Below are positions 56,673 through 64,000 of a stretch of DNA of 64,000 nt, piece by piece. How positions within the stretch are numbered: position 1 is the stretch's first letter; each line of letters opens with the position of its first letter. Source of the DNA: Elusimicrobiota bacterium (GTDB lineage: Bacteria > Elusimicrobiota > Elusimicrobia > F11); contig JBGAON010000001.1 of assembly GCA_044221725.1 (NCBI GenBank), positions 32,001-96,000 on the forward strand. The letters are read 5' to 3'. Both the position numbers and the translations under genes were made by a program. The notes beneath the pieces are model-generated. The model was not told the origin of the DNA. It saw only the letters and a list, made by a program, of their open reading frames with translations, and did no database searches.

Positions 56673-59117
56673 TCAACTCATCGATGCGGGAATCTCGCTT
56701 TGCCTGATGTAGTCGAGAACAGCCTTCGGAGATTTCAAATCAAGCAGAGCATCGATACGCTTTGGCTCTTGGAAAAAAGATGAAACGCTCGCCAAAAAGT
56801 TTAAGTGGAGCTTCGGATCTTCGGCTGGACTTATAAAAAGAAGCCATACATGCAATGGATTCTCAGCCGTGATTCCCAGAGCGACCTGCAAGTGTTTTAA
56901 ACCTGCCACACGAGCGTGAGGAATAGCCACAGACTCACCGATCAGCGTTGGACCTGCCTTTTCACGACTTAAGACAGATTGCATAGCCTGAGACGGGTTC
57001 GGCAGACTCAGTCGCCTTAACAACTCCTGGAGAATCTGATCCTTGGAAAGCCCGCTCTGAAGGATCACTATCCGCTCCTTTGCGAGAAAATCTCCGACTC
57101 GAACTCGCGCATCGGACGCAGGATTTTTGATCGCTTGCATTTCCATTTGCATTTCGGCGCGACCAATTTCCTCGCTCATCCGTGTGCTTTCGAGGGCCGC
57201 GCCGATTTCTGAGGCGAAGGTCTCCAGTAGTTGAAGCCTCTCCGGATCCATAAACACTTTTGCATCTTTTGGTCGGATGCCGAGAACGCCCGTTGTGGTT
57301 TTAATGCCTTTCATCGGCAAATATAGCCCGCGAGATCCCGAAAGAGTGTCGCTTCCTGCCCCGGCTATCTGAACCCGATCAAGGACCCATCTTGCCACGG
57401 ATAGTTCGTTTTCATTCCATTCAAAGCGAGTCGGATCTCCAGCCTTCACCTCCAAGTCGCCCTGCGATCCCGTGGTCAGGATGAGAATCGGTAGCCCATA
57501 GAACTCTTCTAACCGAGTTCGAGCTGTCTCAAACATTTGTTGGATGTTGGGGGTTTCGGATAGCTCACGGCTCAATTTATAAAGGACACGCATCCGCTCC
57601 GCCCGTTCTCGTGAGGCCTCGGTTTGTTGACGGAGACGGCCCGTGATCGTGCTAATAAGAAGTCCTGTGCCCAACATTATGACGAAGGTCAGAACATACT
57701 GGGTATCGGAGACGGCAAAGGTCAAATAGGGCGGCACAAAGAAAAAATCAAAGGCCAAAACACTTAAAACTGACGCGAGGATAGAAGCCTTTCGACCAAA
57801 ACGATAAGACGCGAACATGATGCCGAGCAAATAGATCATGACGATATTGACCAGTGGCAGGGTGTGAAAAAGTGGCCAACAAACCAACGTCGCAAGACCA
57901 ACCACCGCAGTTGCTTGTCCAACACCGGCCCAATCAGATGGAGTTGCAGTCGCGACGGGTCTTCGATCACTAAACTCCGGTCCAACTCCACTAATGATAT
58001 GTAGGTCGATATTCCCGCAACGCCGGGCCATATCGTTGACAATTGATCCAAATAACCATTCCTTCCACCTTGGATTGGCTGGTTTCCCCAATATGATCCT
58101 GGTAACGTTTCTGGATCGTGCGAAAGAAATAATTTCGTCCGTGATGTCATTTCCAGACAAAGTCACGGTTTCTGCTCCCAGTTTTTCCGCCATCCTCAAA
58201 TTATTGACAGCCCGAGCGCGTTCATCAGTGGAAAGCTGCAAGTAAGCAGGTGTTTCCACAAGAACGGCAATCCATTCCGCTCGAAGCCGCGTTGCCATAC
58301 GACTTGCCGCCCTTATCAGCCGAGCCGACATTGGGCTCGCACTGACACCGACAAGAAGCCTTTCACCCACCTGCCACACGTCAGAAATAGAATGACGCTC
58401 CTTGAACGCTTGCATCTGCGCGTCGACTCGTTCAGCTGTATGTCGCAGCGCGAGTTCGCGGAGCGCGATAAGGTTTCCTGGTTGAAAGAAGTTTTCTGCC
58501 GCTCTACCCGCCAATTCATTCTTGTAGACTTTTCCTTCTCTTAGTCGAGTAAGAAGATCCTCGGGTGCTAAATCCACAAGCTCTAGTTCGTGAACGCGTT
58601 GAAGAAAGGTATCAGGGACCGTTTCTCGAACCGTCACACCCGTAATTTGGGCTACCACATCATTCAATGTCTCCCAATGCTGGACGTTGAGCGTGGTATA
58701 AACGTCGACCCCTGCATCCAACAATTCTTCGACATCTTGCCAGCGTTTCGCATGACGTAGCCCTTCGGCATTCGTGTGAGCCAGCTCATCTACCACGATC
58801 AAGCGTGGGTGGCGCGTCAACGCGCCGTCTAAATCGAATTCCTTTAAGACAACGCCTTTGTAGGAGATCTCCTTGCGAGGCAAAATCTCGAACCCTTCGA
58901 GAAGCGCTTCGGTTTCTGTTCTGCCGTGCGTTTCGGCGAGGCCGATGACCACATCCCACCCTTCTTTTTTTCGCTGCCGGGCGGCTTCCAACATGGCATA
59001 GGTCTTGCCGACGCCAGGACTCGCGCCGAAAAACAACTTCAGCTGGCCTCGACCAGCGATTTCCTCGTCGGCCTGGACGTGTTTGAGAAGTTGATCTGGA
59101 TTAGGTCTTTGATCCAT
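56673..59117 (-). CDS. kdpD: Atypical KdpD: KdpD-Usp-TM-GAF sensor fused to a PTS EIIA domain instead of a kinase core
   Basis: [31 protein letters not shown] and AFDFFFVPP; after the GAF there is no H-box or HATPase, but [19 protein letters not shown] (EIIA) at about 56676-57104. Confidence 0.88.
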   Translation of the reverse strand: MDQRPNPDQLLKHVQADEEIAGRGQLKLFFGASPGVGKTYAMLEAARQRKKEGWDVVIGLAETHGRTETEALLEGFEILPRKEISYKGVVLKEFDLDGALTRHPRLIVVDELAHTNAEGLRHAKRWQDVEELLDAGVDVYTTLNVQHWETLNDVVAQITGVTVRETVPDTFLQRVHELELVDLAPEDLLTRLREGKVYKNELAGRAAENFFQPGNLIALRELALRHTAERVDAQMQAFKERHSISDVWQVGERLLVGVSASPMSARLIRAASRMATRLRAEWIAVLVETPAYLQLSTDERARAVNNLRMAEKLGAETVTLSGNDITDEIISFARSRNVTRIILGKPANPRWKEWLFGSIVNDMARRCGNIDLHIISGVGPEFSDRRPVATATPSDWAGVGQATAVVGLATLVCWPLFHTLPLVNIVMIYLLGIMFASYRFGRKASILASVLSVLAFDFFFVPPYLTFAVSDTQYVLTFVIMLGTGLLISTITGRLRQQTEASRERAERMRVLYKLSRELSETPNIQQMFETARTRLEEFYGLPILILTTGSQGDLEVKAGDPTRFEWNENELSVARWVLDRVQIAGAGSDTLSGSRGLYLPMKGIKTTTGVLGIRPKDAKVFMDPERLQLLETFASEIGAALESTRMSEEIGRAEMQMEMQAIKNPASDARVRVGDFLAKERIVILQSGLSKDQILQELLRRLSLPNPSQAMQSVLSREKAGPTLIGESVAIPHARVAGLKHLQVALGITAENPLHVWLLFISPAEDPKLHLNFLASVSSFFQEPKRIDALLDLKSPKAVLDYIRQSEIPASMS

Positions 59118-59691
59118 GAGAGTCCTCATCCAAATTAAGATTCAACTTCAGAACATTCACGCGGGGCTCGCCAAGAAGCCCTAGGAAACGGCCTTGGGTG
59201 TTTTTCTGAATCAATGACTCGACAACCGCCTCAGGAAGTCCACGAACGCGTGCAATTCGCTTTAACTGATATTGGGCAGTGGCTGGTGTGATATGAGGAT
59301 CCAACCCGCTGGCCGACGCCGTGATCAGGTCGACCGGAATCTTTTCTCTATTTTCCGGGTCATTCTTTCGCAACGCATCAATGCGGTCCTGTACGGATTT
59401 AATAAGCGCGGGATTAAGCGGGCCCAAGTTCGACCCTGACGACGCAGCTCCATTGTAAGGAACCGGTCCCGTCGCCGACAGCCGTCCCCAAAAATACTTG
59501 GGATCATCAAAGGATTGGCCAATGAGTTCTGAACCGACTGCTTTCCCGTCTTTCAAAATAAGACTTCCATTCGCCTCATGCGGGAAAAGTGCTTGCGCCA
59601 GCCCCGTCACAGCAAACGGATACACGACTCCAGTGAGAACCGAAAGAACGACGAGTGTGCGAACAGAAATTATGAGTTGTTCAATATACAT
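59101..59691 (-). CDS. kdpC: K+-transporting ATPase subunit C
   Basis: [30 protein letters not shown] and VNVLKLN. Confidence 0.96.
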   Translation of the reverse strand: MYIEQLIISVRTLVVLSVLTGVVYPFAVTGLAQALFPHEANGSLILKDGKAVGSELIGQSFDDPKYFWGRLSATGPVPYNGAASSGSNLGPLNPALIKSVQDRIDALRKNDPENREKIPVDLITASASGLDPHITPATAQYQLKRIARVRGLPEAVVESLIQKNTQGRFLGLLGEPRVNVLKLNLNLDEDSHGSKT

Positions 59692-59717
59692 CTAAGCCTC
59701 CTTGCCCTGAACAGGGC

Positions 59718-61787
59718 TTATGCCAAACCCATCGCGACAAGCAATAGATCAATCGCCTTGATGCCGATAAAAGGCGCAATCAATCCGCCGATGCCATAAA
59801 TCAGAATATGGTCACGAAGCAAACGGCTTGCGCCCAATGCCCGATACTTCACTCCTTGCAGAGATAACGGGATGAGCAGAACAATGATGATCGCATTAAA
59901 TATCACAGCGGAGAGAATGGCGCTCGTCGGCGTAGCAAGGTGCATAATGTTGAGTGCGCCAAGAGCGGGGTAAATCCCAACAAATGCCGCAGGGATGATC
60001 GCAAAATACTTTGAGACATCATTGGAGATGCTGAATGTCGTCAAAGCGCCACGCGTGATCAAGAGCTGTTTGCCAATTTCCACGATTTCGATGAGCTTCG
60101 TCGGATTGGAATCGAGGTCAACCAGATTTCCCGCTTCTTTGGCTGCTTGCGTTCCGGTATTCATCGCGACCGCAACATCGGCTTGAGCGAGGGCCGGCGC
60201 GTCGTTGGTTCCATCTCCTGTCATGGCGACCAGGCGGCCACCGCTTTGCGTGTCGCGAATCAATTTCAATTTTGTTTCCGGTGTGGCCTGAGCCAGAAAA
60301 TCGTCGACTCCGGCTTCCGCCGCGATGGCGGCGGCGGTTAAAGGGTTATCGCCAGTAATCATGATGGTCTTGATCCCCATACGGCGAAGTTCCACAAAGC
60401 GTTCCTTGATTCCTCCCTTGACGATGTCTTTCAAGTGAATCACGCCAAGAACTTTGTCGCGATCCGCCACAAGGAGAGGCGTTCCACCCGACTTCGCAAT
60501 CGTTTCTACTGCCACTTTTACACTGGCGGGATAGTCACCGCCTTGTTCCTTCACATATGCCTCAACGGCATCCGCCGCTCCTTTGCGAATGTGGCGACCG
60601 TCGCTTAGGTCCACACCGCTCATGCGCGTCTGCGCGGTGAATGGAATAAAATTTGCTCCTATTTCATGAACCTGCCGCTCCCGAATGCCGTATTTCTCCT
60701 TTGCGAGGACAACAATGCTCCGTCCCTCCGGCGTTTCATCGGATAAAGAGGAAATCTGGGCGGCGTCCGCCAATATTTCTGGCGCTATTCCATCGGAAGC
60801 GACGAACGCCACCGCTTGCCGATTTCCAAGGGTAATGGTGCCGGTCTTGTCCAAGAGAAGAACATCAACGTCTCCAGCCGCCTCGACGGCGCGTCCCGAC
60901 ATCGCGATCACATTGGCCTGAATCATCCGGTCCATTCCCGCAATGCCGATGGCCGGGAGCAACCCTCCAATTGTCGTTGGAATCAGGCAAACCAAGAGCG
61001 CCACAAGCACGGTCACAGTCACAGGCGATCCTGTTCCAGCCGCGCTGACGCTATAAATCGAAAAAGGAAGCAACGTGACGGTCGCAAAAAGAAAAATGAT
61101 CGTCATGCCAGCCAAGAGAATGTTGAGAGCGATCTCGTTTGGAGTTTTTTGACGTTTCGCTCCCTCCACCATATTGATCATCCGGTCAAGAAACGTCTCT
61201 CCTGGATTGGATGTAATCTTTACGACCAGCCAATCAGAGAGAACTTGTGTTCCTCCCGTGACTGCGCTCCGGTCACCACCCGCTTCCCGGATGACTGGCG
61301 CGGACTCGCCAGTAATGGCCGCTTCATTGACTGAAGCCACCCCTTCAATAATCTCTCCGTCCATCGGGATGATATCGCCGGCTTCAACCAGAACAACGTC
61401 TCCAGCTCGCAATGTGGAGGCCGACACAACGACCGGTTTATTTGATCCTCTTTTGCCGTTCAGTAATTTTTTCGCAGGTGTGTCTTGGCGCGCTTTCCTA
61501 AGGTTTGCGGCCTGCGCTTTTCCTCTTCCTTCCGCCATCGCCTCCGCAAAATTCGCAAATAGAACCGTGAACCATAGCCATAAGGAGATAGACAAAATAA
61601 ATCCCGCAGGCGCCTCACCGCTTCCGGTTAACGCTTGAACAAACAATCCCGTGGTCAGCATGCTTCCAACCCAGACGACGAACATCACAGGATTCTTTAT
61701 TTGATGTTTTGGATTCAGTTTCCTGAGAGATTCCAGAAAAGCCGGTCCGACGACAGATGAATCAAAAAGCTTGTGTGTTTTTCTCAT
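59718..61787 (-). CDS. kdpB: K+-transporting ATPase subunit B (P-type ATPase)
   Basis: [21 protein letters not shown] and [14 protein letters not shown] overlap with kdpA. Confidence 0.97.
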   Translation of the reverse strand: MRKTHKLFDSSVVGPAFLESLRKLNPKHQIKNPVMFVVWVGSMLTTGLFVQALTGSGEAPAGFILSISLWLWFTVLFANFAEAMAEGRGKAQAANLRKARQDTPAKKLLNGKRGSNKPVVVSASTLRAGDVVLVEAGDIIPMDGEIIEGVASVNEAAITGESAPVIREAGGDRSAVTGGTQVLSDWLVVKITSNPGETFLDRMINMVEGAKRQKTPNEIALNILLAGMTIIFLFATVTLLPFSIYSVSAAGTGSPVTVTVLVALLVCLIPTTIGGLLPAIGIAGMDRMIQANVIAMSGRAVEAAGDVDVLLLDKTGTITLGNRQAVAFVASDGIAPEILADAAQISSLSDETPEGRSIVVLAKEKYGIRERQVHEIGANFIPFTAQTRMSGVDLSDGRHIRKGAADAVEAYVKEQGGDYPASVKVAVETIAKSGGTPLLVADRDKVLGVIHLKDIVKGGIKERFVELRRMGIKTIMITGDNPLTAAAIAAEAGVDDFLAQATPETKLKLIRDTQSGGRLVAMTGDGTNDAPALAQADVAVAMNTGTQAAKEAGNLVDLDSNPTKLIEIVEIGKQLLITRGALTTFSISNDVSKYFAIIPAAFVGIYPALGALNIMHLATPTSAILSAVIFNAIIIVLLIPLSLQGVKYRALGASRLLRDHILIYGIGGLIAPFIGIKAIDLLLVAMGLA

Positions 61788-63517
61788 GATAAATACTCCA
61801 CGATCGGCCCCAGAGCGAGAGCCGGAAAAAAGGTTAGGGCTCCCACAATGAGAATCACCGAAGCCAGAAAGAAAACAAAAAGCGGCGTATGAGTCGGCAA
61901 TGTCCCGGAGCTTGGCGGCACAACTTTTTTCTTGGCCAGCGACCCTGCCATCGCCAACACAGGAATGGCGATCCAATAGCGCGAAAAAAACATCGCGAGT
62001 CCCAGCCATAGGTTATAGAAAGGCGTGTTGGCTCCGAGTCCAGCAAAAGCGCTTCCGTTGTTATTACCCGCCGAAGAAAAAGCATAAAGCACTTCGCTAA
62101 ATCCATGCGCTCCGGGATTAAAAATCGTGGCCTTGCCCGCTGGTGAAACGACCGCAATTGCGGTTCCTCCAAGGACGAGAAGACACGGCACCAAAATACC
62201 AATGGATGCCATCTTCATTTCATAGGCTTCGATTTTCTTGCCCAAATACTCCGGCGTGCGGCCGACCATGAGCCCGGCGATAAAAACCGCAATGACCGCA
62301 AATAGAAGCATCCCGTAAAGTCCTGATCCGACACCTCCGAAGACAACTTCTCCGAGCTGCATCAAGATCATTGGAACGAGTCCACCCAACGGCGTATAGG
62401 AATCGTGCATGGAATTCACGGAGCCATTGGAAGCGGCGGTTGTTGCCGTCGCCCAAATCGCCGAACTTACGATCCCATAGCGGACTTCCTTGCCTTCCAT
62501 GTTTCCGCCCGACTGGAGCGCCGATGCAGCCTGATCGACATCTAATTTGGCAAGCAGAGGATTTCCAGATTGTTCCTGAGCAACACAGAGCCATAACGCC
62601 GGCACAAAGAGGACCAGCATGACTGCCTCAAGAGCCCACCCTTGTCGAGTGTCCTTGACCATAACGCCGAACGTGTAGCACAGCGCTGCAGCGATCAATA
62701 GGATCGAAAGCGACTGGAGGAAATTTGAAAGCGGTGTGGGATTCTCAAATGGATGGGCCGAATTGACATTGAAGTAACCACCCCCATTGGTTCCCAGTTG
62801 CTTAATAGCGATTTGGGAAGCGGCCGGCCCTACAGCCAACGTCTGTTCGCTGATTGGTTTTCCATTGCTATCCATAAAAGGTTGAAGAAGCGCGACTGTT
62901 TGACTGGGCCGAAATGTCTGCACCACGCCCTGCGAAACCAATCCCATCGCTAGTAAAAGTGACATGGGCATCAGGATGTAGATTGTGCTTCGAACCATGT
63001 CCACCCAGAAATTTCCGATGACCTTCGCTTCACGCCGGACGAATCCACGAATCAAAGCAACCAGAACCGCCATACCGCTGGCCGCTGAAACAAAGTTCTG
63101 CACAGTCAAACCCAGCATTTGTGTGAGATAGCTCATGGTTGTTTCGCCGCCGTATCCTTGCCAGTTGGTGTTCGTGGCAAAACTCACAGCTGTATTGAAG
63201 GCGGAATCCGGCGTTACAGGACCCATGGCCATCGGGTTCAAAGGCAAATGCTGCTGAACCCGTTGAAGCAAATAGACAATTAAAAGTCCTGCAAAGTTGA
63301 AGATCATCATTGCGAAGGCATAGGTTTTCCAATTCATCTCTTCTCTGCGAACACCTGATAACCGGTAAATAAGTCGTTCGATGGGACCAAGAATCTTATC
63401 GATCCACATTGGCTGGCCTTCGTAAACCTTGGCCATGTAAAGCCCAACAGGCTTGACCAGTAGAATCAGAACGCCAAGATAAACGGCGCACTGAATCAAA
63501 TTATTTGAGTTCGTCAG
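61784..63517 (-). CDS. kdpA: K+-transporting ATPase subunit A (start CTG 63517 or TTG 63499)
   Basis: [35 protein letters not shown] and NNGSAFAG. Confidence 0.96.
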   Translation of the reverse strand: MTNSNNLIQCAVYLGVLILLVKPVGLYMAKVYEGQPMWIDKILGPIERLIYRLSGVRREEMNWKTYAFAMMIFNFAGLLIVYLLQRVQQHLPLNPMAMGPVTPDSAFNTAVSFATNTNWQGYGGETTMSYLTQMLGLTVQNFVSAASGMAVLVALIRGFVRREAKVIGNFWVDMVRSTIYILMPMSLLLAMGLVSQGVVQTFRPSQTVALLQPFMDSNGKPISEQTLAVGPAASQIAIKQLGTNGGGYFNVNSAHPFENPTPLSNFLQSLSILLIAAALCYTFGVMVKDTRQGWALEAVMLVLFVPALWLCVAQEQSGNPLLAKLDVDQAASALQSGGNMEGKEVRYGIVSSAIWATATTAASNGSVNSMHDSYTPLGGLVPMILMQLGEVVFGGVGSGLYGMLLFAVIAVFIAGLMVGRTPEYLGKKIEAYEMKMASIGILVPCLLVLGGTAIAVVSPAGKATIFNPGAHGFSEVLYAFSSAGNNNGSAFAGLGANTPFYNLWLGLAMFFSRYWIAIPVLAMAGSLAKKKVVPPSSGTLPTHTPLFVFFLASVILIVGALTFFPALALGPIVEYLS

Positions 63518-63603
63518 AAGACCTCCGGCTTAAGCAACGCCACGAAAAGGTAAATCAGAATTAGAAATGACGTGACAGCCCCGATCCAATAAATAAGAGT
63601 CAT
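63514..63603 (-). CDS. kdpF: K+-transporting ATPase subunit F (absent from the ORF track)
   Basis: [29 protein letters not shown], matching the YLxxALxxPExF signature; AAGGAG SD. Confidence 0.9.
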   Translation of the reverse strand: MTLIYWIGAVTSFLILIYLFVALLKPEVF

Positions 63604-63616
63604 AGAAATAATCTCC

Positions 63617-63697
63617 TTAAATCTTTTCGAAGAGCAATATGAGCCCCACGGACAAAACGCCCAACCCAAGAATAAGGCTAATGTAAACGATGTCCAT
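63617..63697 (-). CDS. 26-aa hydrophobic peptide upstream of kdpF
   Basis: AAGGAG SD; MDIVYISLILGLGVLSVGLILLFEKI*; its stop abuts the kdpF SD. Confidence 0.7.
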   Translation of the reverse strand: MDIVYISLILGLGVLSVGLILLFEKI

Positions 63698-63980
63698 CTT
63701 GATTCTCCTTTTCGGGTGAGATTCGCTCTTCGGTTTCCTTCTTCTCGACTAAGTGTTTTAACCGTTCCTCATCTCGTTCTAAATTGCTCAAAACGCGAGC
63801 CAAGCGGTCCGCATTCGCTTCAAGTTTCTGCATAACCTGATCAACTCGTGGAGAGAGTTGGTGTTCTTGCGTTCGAGGCTCCTCTTTTTCGATCAGTGTC
63901 GATGGAGGCCAAACCGCAAAAACTGTTCGCGCAACTGTGAAGGTTCCCACGATGAATAGAAACGAAATAATTCTTTTCAT
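63678..63980 (-). CDS. Hypothetical secreted coiled-coil protein at the head of the kdp operon
   Basis: Signal peptide MKRIISFLFIVG..., heptad-like body; overlaps the next sORF. Confidence 0.55.
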   Translation of the reverse strand: MKRIISFLFIVGTFTVARTVFAVWPPSTLIEKEEPRTQEHQLSPRVDQVMQKLEANADRLARVLSNLERDEERLKHLVEKKETEERISPEKENQDGHRLH

Positions 63981-64000
63981 GAGTACAAGATAACTCAGCT

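Larger units (their letters stand above)
43787..64000. mobile_element. Putative genomic island / decayed integrative element (right boundary not seen)
   Basis: Begins with an ORF6N fragment and recombinase remnant, followed only by accessory genes; by eye it is less CGCG-rich than the left 43 kb (not computed). Confidence 0.5.

Noticed and set aside
61788..62009. Long N-terminal extension of kdpB (similarly the ORF-track starts for livG 17093, cinA 19001, sdhA 32008, DUF547 30009 and TBDR 56172)
   Set aside because: These extensions overlap upstream genes or leaders; downstream ATGs with stop-start overlaps or SDs match the family N-termini

Overview
Bacterial (diderm) chromosomal window in two parts. 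(1) ~1-43.7 kb is mostly core housekeeping: yyaL fragment, greA, def, asd, SurA-like PPIase, rplM-rpsI, HU, aminotransferase-hom-thrC, livKHMGF, cinA-LOG-thpR, rsmA, tyrS, tal-pgi fusion, pgl, bcp, sdhCAB, PBP1A, a surface-modification cluster and an AsmA-like gene. A perfect parS palindrome lies at 6351-6366. (2) ~43.8-64 kb looks like an accessory island. It begins with a degenerate ORF6N gene and a frameshifted serine-recombinase remnant carrying 75-bp-period repeats. It continues with a hairpin-locked 48-aa membrane sORF, a stand-alone class III (adenylate-type) cyclase, an output-less GAF-PAS protein, and a minor-pilin cluster (PilV-adhesin fusion, PilW-like, PilX-like) with CRP-like boxes in its promoter. 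It ends with a Cys-rich leader/TonB-receptor/PepSY module and a kdpFABC operon. The most striking feature is the kdpD gene: it keeps all KdpD sensory domains, but its histidine-kinase core is replaced in frame by a PTS EIIA (PtsN-like) domain, and no kdpE follows. Many genes have a TANNNT box 6-9 nt before the start codon with no SD, suggesting leaderless transcription. No rRNA, intact tRNA or CRISPR array was recognised. My impression of the lineage is Elusimicrobiota-like, but this is unverified. All family calls come from motif recognition by eye, not database searches.
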